DNA of 63,032 nt, filler included, from Octopus bimaculoides (GCF_001194135.2; 6 parts of 6 records of this genome joined end to end with filler, not necessarily neighbours in it); one strand, 5' to 3'. Counted from the first letter of the whole stretch, positions 11,063 through 24,739 are shown. The notes: generated by a model from the letters alone, not told the origin. Translations and numbers: made by a program.

Positions 11063-12246
11063 AAGATAAATACAGAGCGACTTGAAAATAGAAGACAAAT
11101 GAGAGGAAGTACACACTGCAAGCTTAAGAAGAAAATTGAGATTCACAACAGATGAGAGCTGTAAGCAGTAACTTCAAGGTGTTGTTGGAAATAATTATAA
11201 TTATTATTGTTTGACCCTGTGGGCTTCTTTCGTGCAAATGGAGCGTATGAATCAAGTTAGAGAAACAGGATTAATCAGAGATGAGTAAAAGAGGGCGATG
11301 CATGAAAGATCGAACATTGGCAGAATTTTGCCAAGTATTTTTTTCTCTTCTCAAAGGATAAATAACCGAACTGCTATCTTGTTAGGGTAAATAACCGACT
11401 TGTAAAGGTAAAAAGCCTTTTTCTAACAGTCCTGAGTTTGCTATAGTATTGGGTTGTGCAATCATTCCCTCTATGTTTCACTGGCGCGTGGTTATTGCAA
11501 TTCTTTGTCAGCTAACCTTTGCTAAAGGTTAGCTAAGCTGAGCAAAGGTTAGTTAACCTTTGCTCAGCTAAACTGTTATTTGTTTTAATATCAGCCATTT
11601 TGTTTTAAGGTTAGCAATTTCTTTTATTTTTTCGTTTTGCAAACTCGCTTCTGATATTCCAAATCTAATTCTTTCATATAATCATCACACATGATCAGTT
11701 TTGCGTTAAATGAAACGAGTAGAAGAGTCAAACGATGCATGAGAAACAAAAATGGACAACTATCTATGAGTTATGGCAATTTTTATGGCGCCTCTTAGTC
11801 CCCAAATTCCAGTAACCATTTCACCCATATTAGAAAGCCAAGAGATATGAGATTATACTTAGTTTGAATCTGGATAATCTTGAGAGGAAACGGATTTACT
11901 AAATCTGGAGCGAATATTTGAAGTGATCATGGTTTTTTCGTCTGATTTTTCATGAAACGTCATTTCTCTCTCTACATACGTACATACATACGTACATACA
12001 TACATACATGCATGCATACATACATACATGCATGCATACATACATACATACATACATACAAGCCCCGTATTGCTGCAGCCATTAACGGTAACGATGGATT
12101 GAATGGGTGTGACAAAAGTGTTCTCAAGATTACTTGTAACAATTTGTTTTCAAATATGGTTTCTCTTTGATAAGTTATGTGGCTTTTCCTAAATTCATAT
12201 GAATGACCTCAAAAGACTCACGCACTCCTATCTCTCTATCTCTCTG

Positions 12247-12299
<53 letters not shown>

Positions 12300-13086
12300 T
12301 TCTTTATCATGTTGGGAGCTTCTCAGAGCTATGAGGTGATGCACAAGCACTCAGCTCTGAGTGCAGTACATCGTATACCAGAAACAGATGTAACCCAATG
12401 AAGTTCATTGCATAATTTCCTATTCCCTTGCCTTTATCTAATATACATACATACATGTATGNNNNNNNNNNNNNNNNNNNNNNNNNNNNNNNNNNNNNNN
12501 NNNNNNNNNNNNNNNNNNNNNNNNNNNNNNNNNNNNNNNNNNNNNNNNNNNNNNNNNNNNNNNNNNNNNNNNNNNNNNNNNNNNNNNNNNNNNNNNNNNN
12601 NNNNNNNNNNNNNNNNNNNNNNNNNNNNNNNNNNNNNNNNNNNNNNNNNNNNNNNNNNNNNNNNNNNNNNNNNATATATATATATATAAATATATATATA
12701 CACATGCATTATATATATGTATGTGTGTATGTGCGTGTCTGTATATATGCATGTATACACACACACAAACGCTCAAATTATACACATATGTGTATATACA
12801 TGTTCCTCTGATAGCAATCGAATACTTGTGAATGTATAATGTATAAGATTAATGGTTATCGAATTCCTTTACGGTTCAATGCTTACAGAATTCGGTAAAC
12901 AACATTGTTCTTCGCAACAATTCTTCATTACATCAGAAGCCAAATCTGTAAAAAGCCGAAACACCGTTTCTTCCATTCTTCCTCTTTCCTTCCGCACCGT
13001 TTTGGGGGTTTTCTTTAGTTCACGCATTCTTCATCTCAAGCATTTTTCTCTTTCATTTTCTATTCCTCGCTCCCTCTCTCTCTCAC

Positions 13087-13141
<55 letters not shown>

Positions 13142-13544
13142 GTCTATCTATCTCCCTTTCAGCCATTTTCCATCAAGAAGCCGGCTAATCCTCATGTAAA
13201 AAAGCCGAAATCATTTTAGAAGATCACCAGCTTTTTAAAGCGGTGAGAGCATTAACTCCACAACTACATACCTGTTCTCTTCTATCACCTGACAATTCTT
13301 AGAAAATTAGATTACGTAATCAATGTTAAGCTGCCCAAATATATTTCGGGTTACACATACATACAGACGTACAGCCACACACGTACATACCCGTAAGTAT
13401 ACGTGCATTAACATACTTATATGTGTGTATGTATGCATGTATCTATATAAAAATATATTAGATATAGATATAGATATATACATACATACATGCATACATG
13501 CATTCATATATACATTCATACATACATATATACATATATGTCTA

Positions 13545-13642
13545 CATTCACCGAAAAAATCTGAGATGGAGAATCTTTAGAATGTCTAACAAATCTTCAC
13601 TGTGTCACTAATAGATTGGATTTGGAGAACCCGCGTCGGTTT
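13545..13642 (-). mobile_element. Extreme 3' end of the R4/Dong-type LINE family
   Basis: Encodes [13 protein letters not shown], equivalent to SVSGTVRLCKSFLRF at the end of the 19426-20015 copy. Confidence 0.65.
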
Positions 13643-13763
13643 GTATGTGCGTATGAATGCATGTATGTATGTATATATGAATGTATGTATGTATGTATGT
13701 ATGTATGTATGTATGTATGTATGTATGTATGTATGTATGAATGTATGTATGTATGTAGATACT

Positions 13764-13833
<70 letters not shown>

Positions 13834-14477
13834 TATACATATGTATATATCTATGTATATATATACATAAGATTAAATATATATACATATATATATATAA
13901 TAAAATTAAAGTCATGAGAACAGAGGTTTGTTCATCCAAATTTTATTTCACAGTTAATCACATCTTTCTTGTGTGTCTGTGTGCGTGCGCGTGTGTGTGT
14001 GTGTGTGTGCGTATGTGTGTGCGTATGTGTGTGTGCGTATGTGCGCATATTTACATGCGCACGTAATCAACGTATAATTAGTAACTGCGCGTGCTAACTG
14101 CTTCCCCTAAACGCCTATTGATCAATTTTTCCGCTGCCATTCCTACTAAATCTTTCTACATGACAGAATATCTTCTGTTACCTTTCTGCCGAAAGGGTGC
14201 CGAAACCATTTTAGAAGATCACCAGCCTTTTAAGACTATGTGAGCATTAACTACATTACCATTCCTTTCCATTCCGTTCCATCACCTGACAACTCTTATA
14301 AAATTGGATTAGGTAATGAAATCTAAGCTGGTCAAATATTTGGAGGGCAATGCATATAAGGAAACATATATATATATATATATACATATATACATACAAT
14401 CATACATACACACATATACAGGTTCAAATGAAAAGTATCTGTGTACGTGGTATACAATTCCTATCTATGAGCTATAA

Positions 14478-14512
<35 letters not shown>

Positions 14513-14537
14513 TACACACACACAGACATACACACAC

Positions 14538-14790
14538 ACAAAGTGCGATGAATAAATTGTCGTCTGAATTACACAAAACTGAAAATAACATTGAAGTCTC
14601 GTTTTAACAGATATATTTACCAAAATCACATAAAAATATCTGGAAATACTAAAGAGTAAATTTATTCAATGAAATCGCCATTGGCTTTAACCACGGTCTC
14701 CAGACGACTTCTGGACGGTCTCCTTGTTTAAGTTGGTGAATGCTGACGCAAGGAAATTTTCAAATGTACAAGGTTAACATCCTGGCTTTG
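14538..14790 (-). mobile_element. maT/DD37D-type Tc1-mariner remnant: transposase C-terminus plus terminal repeat
   Basis: Minus strand AFTNLNKETVQ / SRLETVVKANGDFIE* (small deletion between the two), then non-coding terminal sequence; truncated by the N gap at 14809. Family assignment is from recalled maT C-termini. Confidence 0.65.
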
Positions 14791-15793
14791 GTAATGAATA
14801 TAAAATAGNNNNNNNNNNNNNNNNNNNNNNNNNNNNNNNNNNNNNNNNNNNNNNNNNNNNNNNNNNNNNNNNNNNNNNNNNNNNNNNNNNNNNNNNNNNN
14901 NNNNNNNNNNNNNNNNNNNNNNNNNNNNNNNNNNNNNNNNNNNNNNNNNNNNNNNNNNNNNNNNNNNNNNNNNNNNNNNNNNNNNNNNNNNNNNNNNNNN
15001 NNNNNNNNNNNNNNNNNNNNNNNNNNNNNNNNNNNNNNNNNNNNNNNNNNNNNNNNNNNNNNNNNNNNNNNNNNNNNNNNNNNNNNNNNNNNNNNNNNNN
15101 NNNNNNNNNNNNNNNNNNNNNNNNNNNNNNNNNNNNNNNNNNNNNNNNNNNNNNNNNNNNNNNNNNNNNNNNNNNNNNNNNNNNNNNNNNNNNNNNNNNN
15201 NNNNNNNNNNNNNNNNNNNNNNNNNNNNNNNNNNNNNNNNNNNNNNNNNNNNNNNNNNNNNNNNNNNNNNNNNNNNNNNNNNNNNNNNNNNNNNNNNNNN
15301 NNNNNNNNNNAGAATGATTAAGGTGGTTTATTTTAATAAATTTCGCTGAAACTGCAGAAGAGAAAATAAAGAGCATTTGTTACTTTTATATTTTGTACTC
15401 TCTCTCTCAAAATCTTTGACAGTCTCACTCACTTTCTCTCTCTCATCTTCTGTTTCTGTCAGTATCCCTCTCTCTCCCACTCTCTCTTTCTCTCACACTG
15501 TTCTCTTCTCTCATTTCAAGATAGCGAACTCTGTAGCTGACTTGTGAAAGGGGTTCTCATTCGTAAATAGCGCTTCTAATCTCAGAAATGCCGTGGATTG
15601 TTGTAATTCTATCGGCAATTACTCGTGTTACTTGGTGAATAGGGAACGCATCATAATAATTACGTTGCTCGTGTGTATGTATGCCTATCAGAGCATGGGC
15701 ACGCGAGCGTGTATGTAAATGAGTTTGTATACATACACACACAGGTGTGTGCATATGTGTGTATGTATATAGCTAGCTAGCTAGCTAGCTAGC

Positions 15794-15825
<32 letters not shown>

Positions 15826-15884
15826 GATACATACAAACAAATACCACACATATAGGCAAATATCTATAAATATATACACATACA

Positions 15885-15957
<73 letters not shown>

Positions 15958-16040
15958 TGGAGCCTGGTGTTGCCATCCGGTTTCACCAGTCCTCAGTCAA
16001 ATCGTCCAACCCATGCTAGCATGGAAAGCGGACGTTAAAC
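15958..16040 (+). mobile_element. 3' end of repeat family E (RTE-like tail)
   Basis: CCAACCCATGCTAGCATGGAAAGCGGACGTTAAAC; related minus-strand copies at ~29315-29480 and ~31575-31770 carry GGATGCCCTTCCTG..GCCAACC. Confidence 0.6.
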
Positions 16041-16717
16041 NNNNNNNNNNNNNNNNNNNNNNNNNNNNNNNNNNNNNNNNNNNNNNNNNNNNNNNNNNNN
16101 NNNNNNNNNNNNNNNNNNNNNNNNNNNNNNNNNNNNNNNNNNNNNNNNNNNNNNNNNNNNNNNNNNNNNNNNNNNNNNNNNNNNNNNNNNNNNNNNNNNN
16201 NNNNNNNNNNNNNNNNNNNNNNNNNNNNNNNNNNNNNNNNNNNNNNNNNNNNNNNNNNNNNNNNNNNNNNNNNNNNNNNNNNNNNNNNNNNNNNNNNNNN
16301 NNNNNNNNNNNNNNNNNNNNNNNNNNNNNNNNNNNNNNNNNNNNNNNNNNNNNNNNNNNNNNNNNNNNNNNNNNNNNNNNNNNNNNNNNNNNNNNNNNNN
16401 NNNNNNNNNNNNNNNNNNNNNNNNNNNNNNNNNNNNNNNNNNNNNNNNNNNNNNNNNNNNNNNNNNNNNNNNNNNNNNNNNNNNNNNNNNNNNNNNNNNN
16501 NNNNNNNNNNNNNNNNNNNNNNNNNNNNNNNNNNNNNNNNNNNNNNNNNNNNNNNNNNNNNNNNNNNNNNNNNNNNNNNNNNNNNNNNNNNNNNNNNNNN
16601 NNNNNNNNNNNNNNNNNNNNNNNNNNNNNNNNNNNNNNNNNNNNNNNNNNNNNNNNNNNNNNNNNNNNNNNNNNNNNNNNNNNNNNNNNNNNNNNNNNNN
16701 NNNNNNNNNNNNNNNNT

Positions 16718-17017
16718 ATCTTCTTTTATTCTTTTACTTGTTTCAGTCATTTGACTGTGGCCATGCTGGAGCACCGCCTTTAATCAAGCAAATTGAACCC
16801 AGGACTTATTCATTGTAAGCCTAGTACTTATTCTATCGGTCACTTTTGCCAAACCGCTATGCTACGGGGACGTAAAATCACCATCCCCTGCCGGAGCCCC
16901 GTGGAGCTTCAGGTGTTTTCGCTCAATAAACACTCACAATGCTCGGACTGGGAATCGAAACCACGATCCTACGACCTCGAGTCCACTGCCCTAACCACTG
17001 AGCCATTGCGCCTCCAC
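16718..17017 (-). mobile_element. Chimeric SINE: family D-type tRNA head (16887-17017) joined to family B 3' half (16718-16880)
   Basis: Head is homologous to 44336-44478; tail is homologous to 37540-37690. Confidence 0.8.
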
Positions 17018-17802
17018 ACGTATCTATGTATATCACTTATAGAGACACACATCCCGGCCCTATTTATAATTGATACTTCTATCACAATAATGCATTTAAT
17101 ATTCAAATATTTACTGATGAATATCATTGGAAGGAAATCTAGTCGGACGTGTTTGAAGGAGAAAATTATAAATGTTTCATTTAATACCGGGATATTTAAT
17201 GAGAATACGATACAGACAGTCTGAGAGACAGCCGTAGTAGACAGAGCATGTCTGTATGTGCGTACGTGAGTTGTGTCTGTGCATGGCGGGGTGTAAAGGT
17301 GCGTGGTTTAGTGGTTACAGTATGACACTAATGATAGTGAAATGGTGGTTTCCATTCTCGAAACGGGTGGTGTGTTGTGTCCGTTAGCGAAACACTTCAT
17401 TTCCATGTTGTTCTGCGATCACATCGATACTTGATCTGTGGCACACTGTACACCAGGAGGTGACGAAAGTCATCTAATGCACAACACAAATATTTAATCC
17501 CTCTAAAGTCAAAACCCAAACCACGAATAAAAGCAATTTCAAAGTGAATGGAAGAGAATGAGAATAGAAATTTTTTTTTTTTATTTTCATTCTCTTTCAA
17601 ATTGCTTTTATTCGTGGTTTGGGTTTTTACTGCCCTTTTTAGCATGTAAGGTGTCCTGTCAAAGGTCACCTCTTTCGAGTGTTAATACTTAATTGTTTGT
17701 ACACTAATTATATACGAAAATATGTTGTCTATTGACTTTATTACGCATGCTAGCCACCGGTATGAAAATGTTTCTAAATTTTCTACGCTTATTATTTTCA
17801 CA

Positions 17803-17854
<52 letters not shown>

Positions 17855-18228
17855 NNNNNNNNNNNNNNNNNNNNNNNNNNNNNNNNNNNNNNNNNNNNNN
17901 NNNNNNNNNNNNNNNNNNNNNNNNNNNNNNNNNNNNNNNNNNNNNNNNNNNNNNNNNNNNNNNNNNNNNNNNNNNNNNNNNNNNNNNNNNNNNNNNNNNN
18001 NNNNNNNNNNNNNNNNNNNNNNNNNNNNNNNNNNNNNNNNNNNNNNNNNNNNNNNNNNNNNNNNNNNNNNNNNNNNNNNNNNNNNNNNNNNNNNNNNNNN
18101 NNNNNNNNNNNNNNNNNNNNNNNNNNNNNNNNNNNNNNNNNNNNNNNNNNNNNNNNNNNNNNNNNNNNNNNNNNNNNNNNNNNNNNNNNNNNNNNNNNNN
18201 NNNNNNNNNNNNNNNNNNNNNNNNNNNN

Positions 18229-18280
<52 letters not shown>

Positions 18281-18334
18281 TATATATATATGCATATATA
18301 TGTGCATATGTATATGTTTATATATGTATGTATG

Positions 18335-18368
<34 letters not shown>

Positions 18369-18640
18369 TGTATGTATGTGTGTTTGGATTCGCAACTGGG
18401 ACTTGCACGACACCGAGGCGGGTTTCTTAACGACAAGGCAGTACCTGGAGATCTGCCAGAGATTCTATAGTACGTCATCAGTGTGAATAGCCAGCCAGTG
18501 TGTATAGCTAGCCAGTGTGCATAGGTAGCTTAACCAATATATAGTTAAACGCACGTTGTGTTACGGGCACCAGCCTAGCTTCAAAGAAGATATCACGTTT
18601 GTAGCCATGCATCTCTTTACCGTGATACCAGTTCCACTTA

Positions 18641-18680
<40 letters not shown>

Positions 18681-19221
18681 GTGATACACACATGCACTCA
18701 CACACACACATACCTGCACACACATAGACACACACATACACAGGAATGCCGGCATATGCTTACTAACACACACATTCTCCGTTGTGCACACACACACACA
18801 GACGCACACACGTACACATTTTCGCAACACTAAATAAGCTGCCCGATGGCATGAATGATAAATATATATTCCACACACATACGCTTATTCATCCATATAC
18901 ACATACATACATAAACATACATAAATACATACGTACATACACACATAAACATACACATACNNNNNNNNNNNNNNNNNNNNNNNNNNNNNNNNNNNNNNNN
19001 NNNNNNNNNNNNNNNNNNNNNNNNNNNNNNNNNNNNNNNNNNNNNNNNNNNNNNNNNNNNNNNNNNNNNNNNNNNNNNNNNNNNNNNNNNNNNNNNNACA
19101 TAAATACACACACACACATAATACATAAATACATATATAAATGTATACATACATAAACATACACATACTTACACATACATACCTGTACATACATATATAA
19201 ATACATACATATATACATACA

Positions 19222-19345
19222 TGGTTCCGGGTTCAGACCAACTGCATAGCACCTTGAGCAAGTGTCTTCTACTATAGTCTCGGGCTGACCAAACCCTTGT
19301 GAGCAGATTTGGTAGACGGAAACTGAAAGAAAACCACGTGTGCGC
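19222..19345 (+). mobile_element. SINE family B, 5' part
   Basis: ATGGTTCCGGGTTCAGACCAACTGCATAGCACCTTGAGCAAGTGTCTTCTACTATAG...GGTAGACGGAAACTGAAAGAA. Confidence 0.88.
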
Positions 19346-19425
19346 ACTCATGTGTGTGAGTGTGTGTCTGTGTGTGTGTGTCTGTGTGCATGTATGTATG
19401 TATGTATGTATGTATGTATGTATGT

Positions 19426-20015
19426 CTCTTCTGTATTTAACCATTTCAGTTCTTCCTCTGAAGAAGGAGCTCCATCTTTGGAATGTAGATAACGGAAACA
19501 ATGTCACATTTCAAACCTGAGAAAAGACTTGCAGAGTCTTACTGTTCCGCTTACAGATTCTATTTGTAACGTGCAAATCGGTTGATTTCTTTTTCCGAAA
19601 ATCCAAGCTTATCCAGACTGACAGTTAGGCATTTACTTACAAAACCAAGTGTTTCAATTATTATTGGTATAACTGTAAATTTGTAATCCGGATATAGAAG
19701 CTGGTGGTTTCGAAGTGGTTGTCTATGTTTATCCTCCTCTTTGATTTTCAAAGAGATATTTACATCGATAGGACAGCTGACATCTTCGTTGGTGCATAAT
19801 ACTTTTCCTCGTCTGCCCCAAACAAAATCTTTGTTAGTACGCTTACACTTGACAGGTATTTTAATAGAAATGATCCACCAGTATTCTTGGTGTGTGTACA
19901 TGTATTCAGTGACATGGGGATTCTCTATATTTATTCCAGAATAGTCTTATTTCCGAATAGCATTGTATATTGTTTTAGCGACAGCGTCGTGTCGCATAGG
20001 GAGGTTGTTCCGTTT
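19426..20015 (-). mobile_element. R4/Dong-type RLE LINE, 5'-truncated copy with 3' end, flanked by (CATA)n
   Basis: LPMRHDAVAKTIYNAIRK...EYWW..SIKIPVKCK...DVSCPIDVNISLKIKE...QLLYPDYKFTVIPIIIETLGFVSKCL...SVSGTVRLCKSFLRFEM, then a short 3' UTR. Confidence 0.85.
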
Positions 20016-20348
20016 GTATGTATGTATGTATGTATGTATGTCATTATTCAGTTTATTTCAAGATTTCTTGCCAATAGACAAAGAGCCGGTATCTAAGCTG
20101 GATTCAAGGCTCCTTCATTGAAATTTCAACGTCAACTACAGGGTGTATTTGTTTGTATGTATGTATGTATGTATGTATGTATGTATGTATGTGTGTGTGT
20201 ATGTATACGTGCAATTATACTTCAATTATTGCTTCCAATTTGCTTGGCAGACGGTCATACCGTCATTTAAAAATGTTTTTGTTAAATATTGTTATTGTTG
20301 AAGAAAAATTTGTTGAAAAAAAGGCGCAATAATTATGCACCAACCCAA

Positions 20349-20396
<48 letters not shown>

Positions 20397-20444
20397 TACA
20401 AACACACACACACATGTGTGCGTGTATATATATATATATATATA

Positions 20445-20544
20445 NNNNNNNNNNNNNNNNNNNNNNNNNNNNNNNNNNNNNNNNNNNNTTAATTAATTAA
20501 NNNNNNNNNNNNNNNNNNNNNNNNNNNNNNNNNNNNNNNNNNNN
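20445..20544. other. Artificial 100-bp gap linker N44-TTAATTAATTAA-N44
   Basis: 12-mer at 20489-20500 gives stops in all six frames; identical structure at four other sites. Confidence 0.95.
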
Positions 20545-20650
20545 TATATGTATATATATATATATGTATATATGTATATATGTATATATATATATATGTA
20601 TATATATATGTATATATATATGTATATATGTATATATATATGTATATATG

Positions 20651-20701
<51 letters not shown>

Positions 20702-20774
20702 ATATGTATATATATATATATGTATATATGTATATATGTATATATATATATATGTATATATATATGTATATATG

Positions 20775-20809
<35 letters not shown>

Positions 20810-21931
20810 ATGTATATATATATAAACACACACATGCACATTATATATATATATATAGTAACATACACATAATATATATATATAAACACACACACATACA
20901 CAATATATATATAAACATAAACATACACACCCATATTTTTATACACACCACACACATATACAGGCACATATATAAACACACACAGATATAGATGTGTGTA
21001 CATACATACACCCACAAACACGCACACGTGTGTGTGAGCATGTATGTGTAGATAGCATCACATTGTTGCTGTTTCTGTAAGACTGTTAACATCAGCATAA
21101 TTTTTTTGAACCAATATTGAGAAAAATTGTGTGTGTGTGTGTGTTTGCATGGCTGAATGGTTATGAAGTTTGCTTTACAACTGTGGATTCTGGGTTCAAT
21201 CCTTCAGCACAGCACTGTACACAAGCATTTTATACCATAGATTTGGGTTAGTTGAAGTCATATATATGAAAATAAGCAAACAAAAACTGTATACCATCCT
21301 GTCAGATTGGCTGTACCTGTAATTCAAAAGGTGTAATCATGTCATCCTGATTCTGCTAGTGTCTATGGAGTACCCAACCACTTATGCCATGATTCACTAT
21401 ATTGAACAAACTGAAAATTTATCACTCATACCAGCAGAGAATCCGTCCATCAATTCCAGTGATTCTCAACTAGAGTCCATATGACCATTGGGAGTCCATA
21501 TAAGATTTCATTGTCAAAATTTATGTGCAATAAATTGGTTATACTTCTACTATAACACAAGATATTTTAACTATTTTCTAAAATAAAATTCCTAATAGTA
21601 TTTAATTATAAAAATATATGATTTTTTAAAGCTTCGAATGGCTAGGAGTGTCCATCTGGGTAAAATGGGAAGCAAAAGGTCCATAGGTAAAAAATGGTTG
21701 AAAAACACTGATGTATTCCTTAAGTGTATGTGTATATGTATATATGTATATTTGTGTGTTTTGCATGAATTTGTGTGTGTATGGTACTGCCCAGTTATCA
21801 ATCAAAATCAAAGTAAAAATAACCAAGTAACCAAGGTGGGTTAATAGTTGTTTCTATTTTAAGGTCAGTGACTTGTAAATGGTTGTGGTTTAGTTGAAAC
21901 CATTGACACCTGTTCTTGACTAGTAGTTTAA

Positions 21932-22139
21932 CCTTTTAGCATTTAAACTGGCCATATCTGGCCCAAATATTTTGTTTTATATTCAAACCATCCAGACCTG
22001 GCCTCTCACACATAAACTACAACGTCATTCTAAAATTTCATCATCGAAATCTTGAAGCTATGTGATAATACATGATTAATTTCAAACAGTGTGAATAAAT
22101 AAGCGTTATATTTGACAGAGTAATCTTAATGCAAAAGTG
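21932..22139. mobile_element. piggyBac-type MITE (degenerate)
   Basis: TTAA at 21928-21931, then CCTTTTAGCATT...AATGCAAAAGTG followed by TTAT: decayed CCCTTTAGCATT/AATGCTAAAGGG inverted termini with a TTAA-like target. Confidence 0.55.
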
Positions 22140-24695
22140 TTATTCTCTCGACCCCCTGAAGGATGAAGGGCTGGGTTGAGCTAAGTGAGATTTGAATTCA
22201 GAACTTAAAGATCCAGAACAATTCCAACAAAACATTTAATTTTATATACGTATAGATGTGACCTACACAACGACTGTGAGGTTTATGGTAGCAGGACGAC
22301 TGGTCATGACGTTATTACGTTTAAATTTTTCCACAGTAATTGTTTTGTTCCTACTAAACAAAGGTAGAAAACTCTATTTGCTCCACTTCGCATGCCTGAA
22401 CAAAAGAAAACAGGTTTATAAAATTCTATTTCACACTTCACTAGTTAAGCAGCTGTAAGAACATTTGCTCCAGAATATAACTTAGCTCGAAACTTTCGGC
22501 CCTTGAGTCACTTTCATAACATTCTGCCAATTAAAAATAACAAAGATGTGTGTGTAGTTTAACCCAGGGTCTTTTTAAACAAAGCAATATCTGAGAAGAC
22601 CGAGAACAAATATATATTATCCTTGTTGCTTGTAATTAACATGTCAAATGCTTTTAGCGCGAGTTATTTCCCTTATTTACTGTTATGTAAGAAGTATCAG
22701 GAATACAGACATTTCCAAAACTATGCAGTCGTTATTAGCATATAAATTAAACTGACAGTAGAAACAATAAATGATAAAGATTTAAATTAGGCATTACACA
22801 CACACACGCGCACGCATATATGTATAAGGATAACCTCTGGTAAGGCCACAATTTGCGTTGACAGATTTGCAGAGTGATTATAAATTTCTTCATTTTGTTA
22901 TTTCACTAACTTTTTTAGTGAAATCTTGATCTTTATAAAAAATAAAGTTGAAAAGTTTGCTTCCCAACCACATGGTTTGGGGTTCAGTTCCACTGCATGG
23001 CAGCATGGACAAATACTACTATAGCTCCAGAACGGCCAAAGCCTTGTGAGTGGTAAGATTAGCTGTAATGGGTCTATAATACAGTATACTTGATGTGTGT
23101 GTGTGTGTATGTATATATATATATATATTCATTTATTTATTTATTTATTTATTACTTGTTTCACTCATTAGACTGCAACCATGCTGGGACAATATCTTTG
23201 TAAGATGTCTTTGCTATTCTTTTGTATATTTTATCAACCCCTGCACATTTGCAACCCCCATGTATACATTGTTCTAGTGTGAATGTATCCTTGTGCTAAA
23301 TATAAAGAAAATTATTATTATTAATTGCTAGGAAAAACACCTTGCAGTATTTGTTCCACCTCTTTAATTTCCAAGTTCAGATCACACAAAGGTCAATTCT
23401 GATACGTTATCTTATTGATCCTAGAGAAATGAAAAGCAATCAAGTGTTGGAGTTGATTTAACTGACCACAGTACTTAACTGGACAATTTTGAAGTGGAGG
23501 ACTAAATCTGTCCCTTCAAAATTCCATCCTCCTCCTCCTCCTCTGCAGCTAGTGCTGGGACCAATTGAATTTAGCTGAGATTAATAGAATTAAGTACCAG
23601 TCCAGTACTAGGGGTGATTCAATTGTCTAATCCCCTCCTCCTAAATTACTTGCTTTGTGCCTAAATTACAAGCAATTATTACTTGTATTAGTTCTATTGA
23701 CACTCTGTGAATTCAGACTTGTATAGTTGATAATATGATAATATGTTGATAATATAAAATCTCCATTTTGATATCAACATTAATGCTTTATGAAGCCAAT
23801 GTCAGTCTTGCTTTATATTTGTTCTGCCTAACACTGATTCTGTCTCATTCTTTTTTGCTTCTTACCCTCCAGTCCCTGCTCCTCTCACATGGTATTCATA
23901 ACCAAGACAACTTCAACCCTCATGCATTAGTTTTATGTTGTTTTAGCTATTTTCCCATGACCTTTGCAAGTCCTTCCACGCTCTTAAGATCAATGTGACT
24001 TCAGTTTGAACTTCAGTAGGAGGAAATATGGATAGAGCAGGAATTCCAGAGCATTACAGGTCGGGCGGAGGAGAGTGTTTAGTCCTGAGGCTATGAAGGT
24101 TAATAAAATTGGGAGAAATGGTTGCAATGACTGGAGCTTGGGTGTTGGTGGTAGATTGCTTGTAAACATGTAGATATTGGTGTAGGGGAAGGGTGAACTC
24201 TTGTTTTTCATATATTGACTGTGTTTGAGAGTGAGTGTTTGTGGACAAATGGAGGAGGAGAATAAGAAACCCCAGTAAATGAGTTGCTTGTCCTAACAAA
24301 ATCACAAAATCAGTTTTCTATGTTCTTTTACATTCTGAGTTCAAATCTTGTCAAGATGACTATCTTTCAACATTTTTGGGTCAATAAAAATAAGTACCTG
24401 TTGATTCAACTGGATTGATATAATTAGCTGTTCCCCCTTGCAGGTATTTTGGCAGAGTTTCAGAATATCTCATAGTAAAAGAAAATGGTGAAGTTTTCCC
24501 CCCTCCCTTTTTATGTATTACTGTATTTCACACAGCAATAATTATGATCTTTGAATCATTTTTTCTATAAATTTCAATATTTTACATTTTTGCCCTCAAC
24601 TTCCTTAACCCTTTCCTCTCCAAAGAAGCATGGGGTATCTATTTCAAAACTCCACCAGTTTTTGTACTTACACTGAAATCATTATTTATCTATAG

Positions 24696-24736
<41 letters not shown>

Positions 24737-24739
<3 letters not shown>

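Noticed and set aside
19455-19500. CTGAAGAAG...GGAAAC in the LINE 3' UTR
   Set aside because: Stem II does not close next to GAAA and no stem I or III pairing was found.
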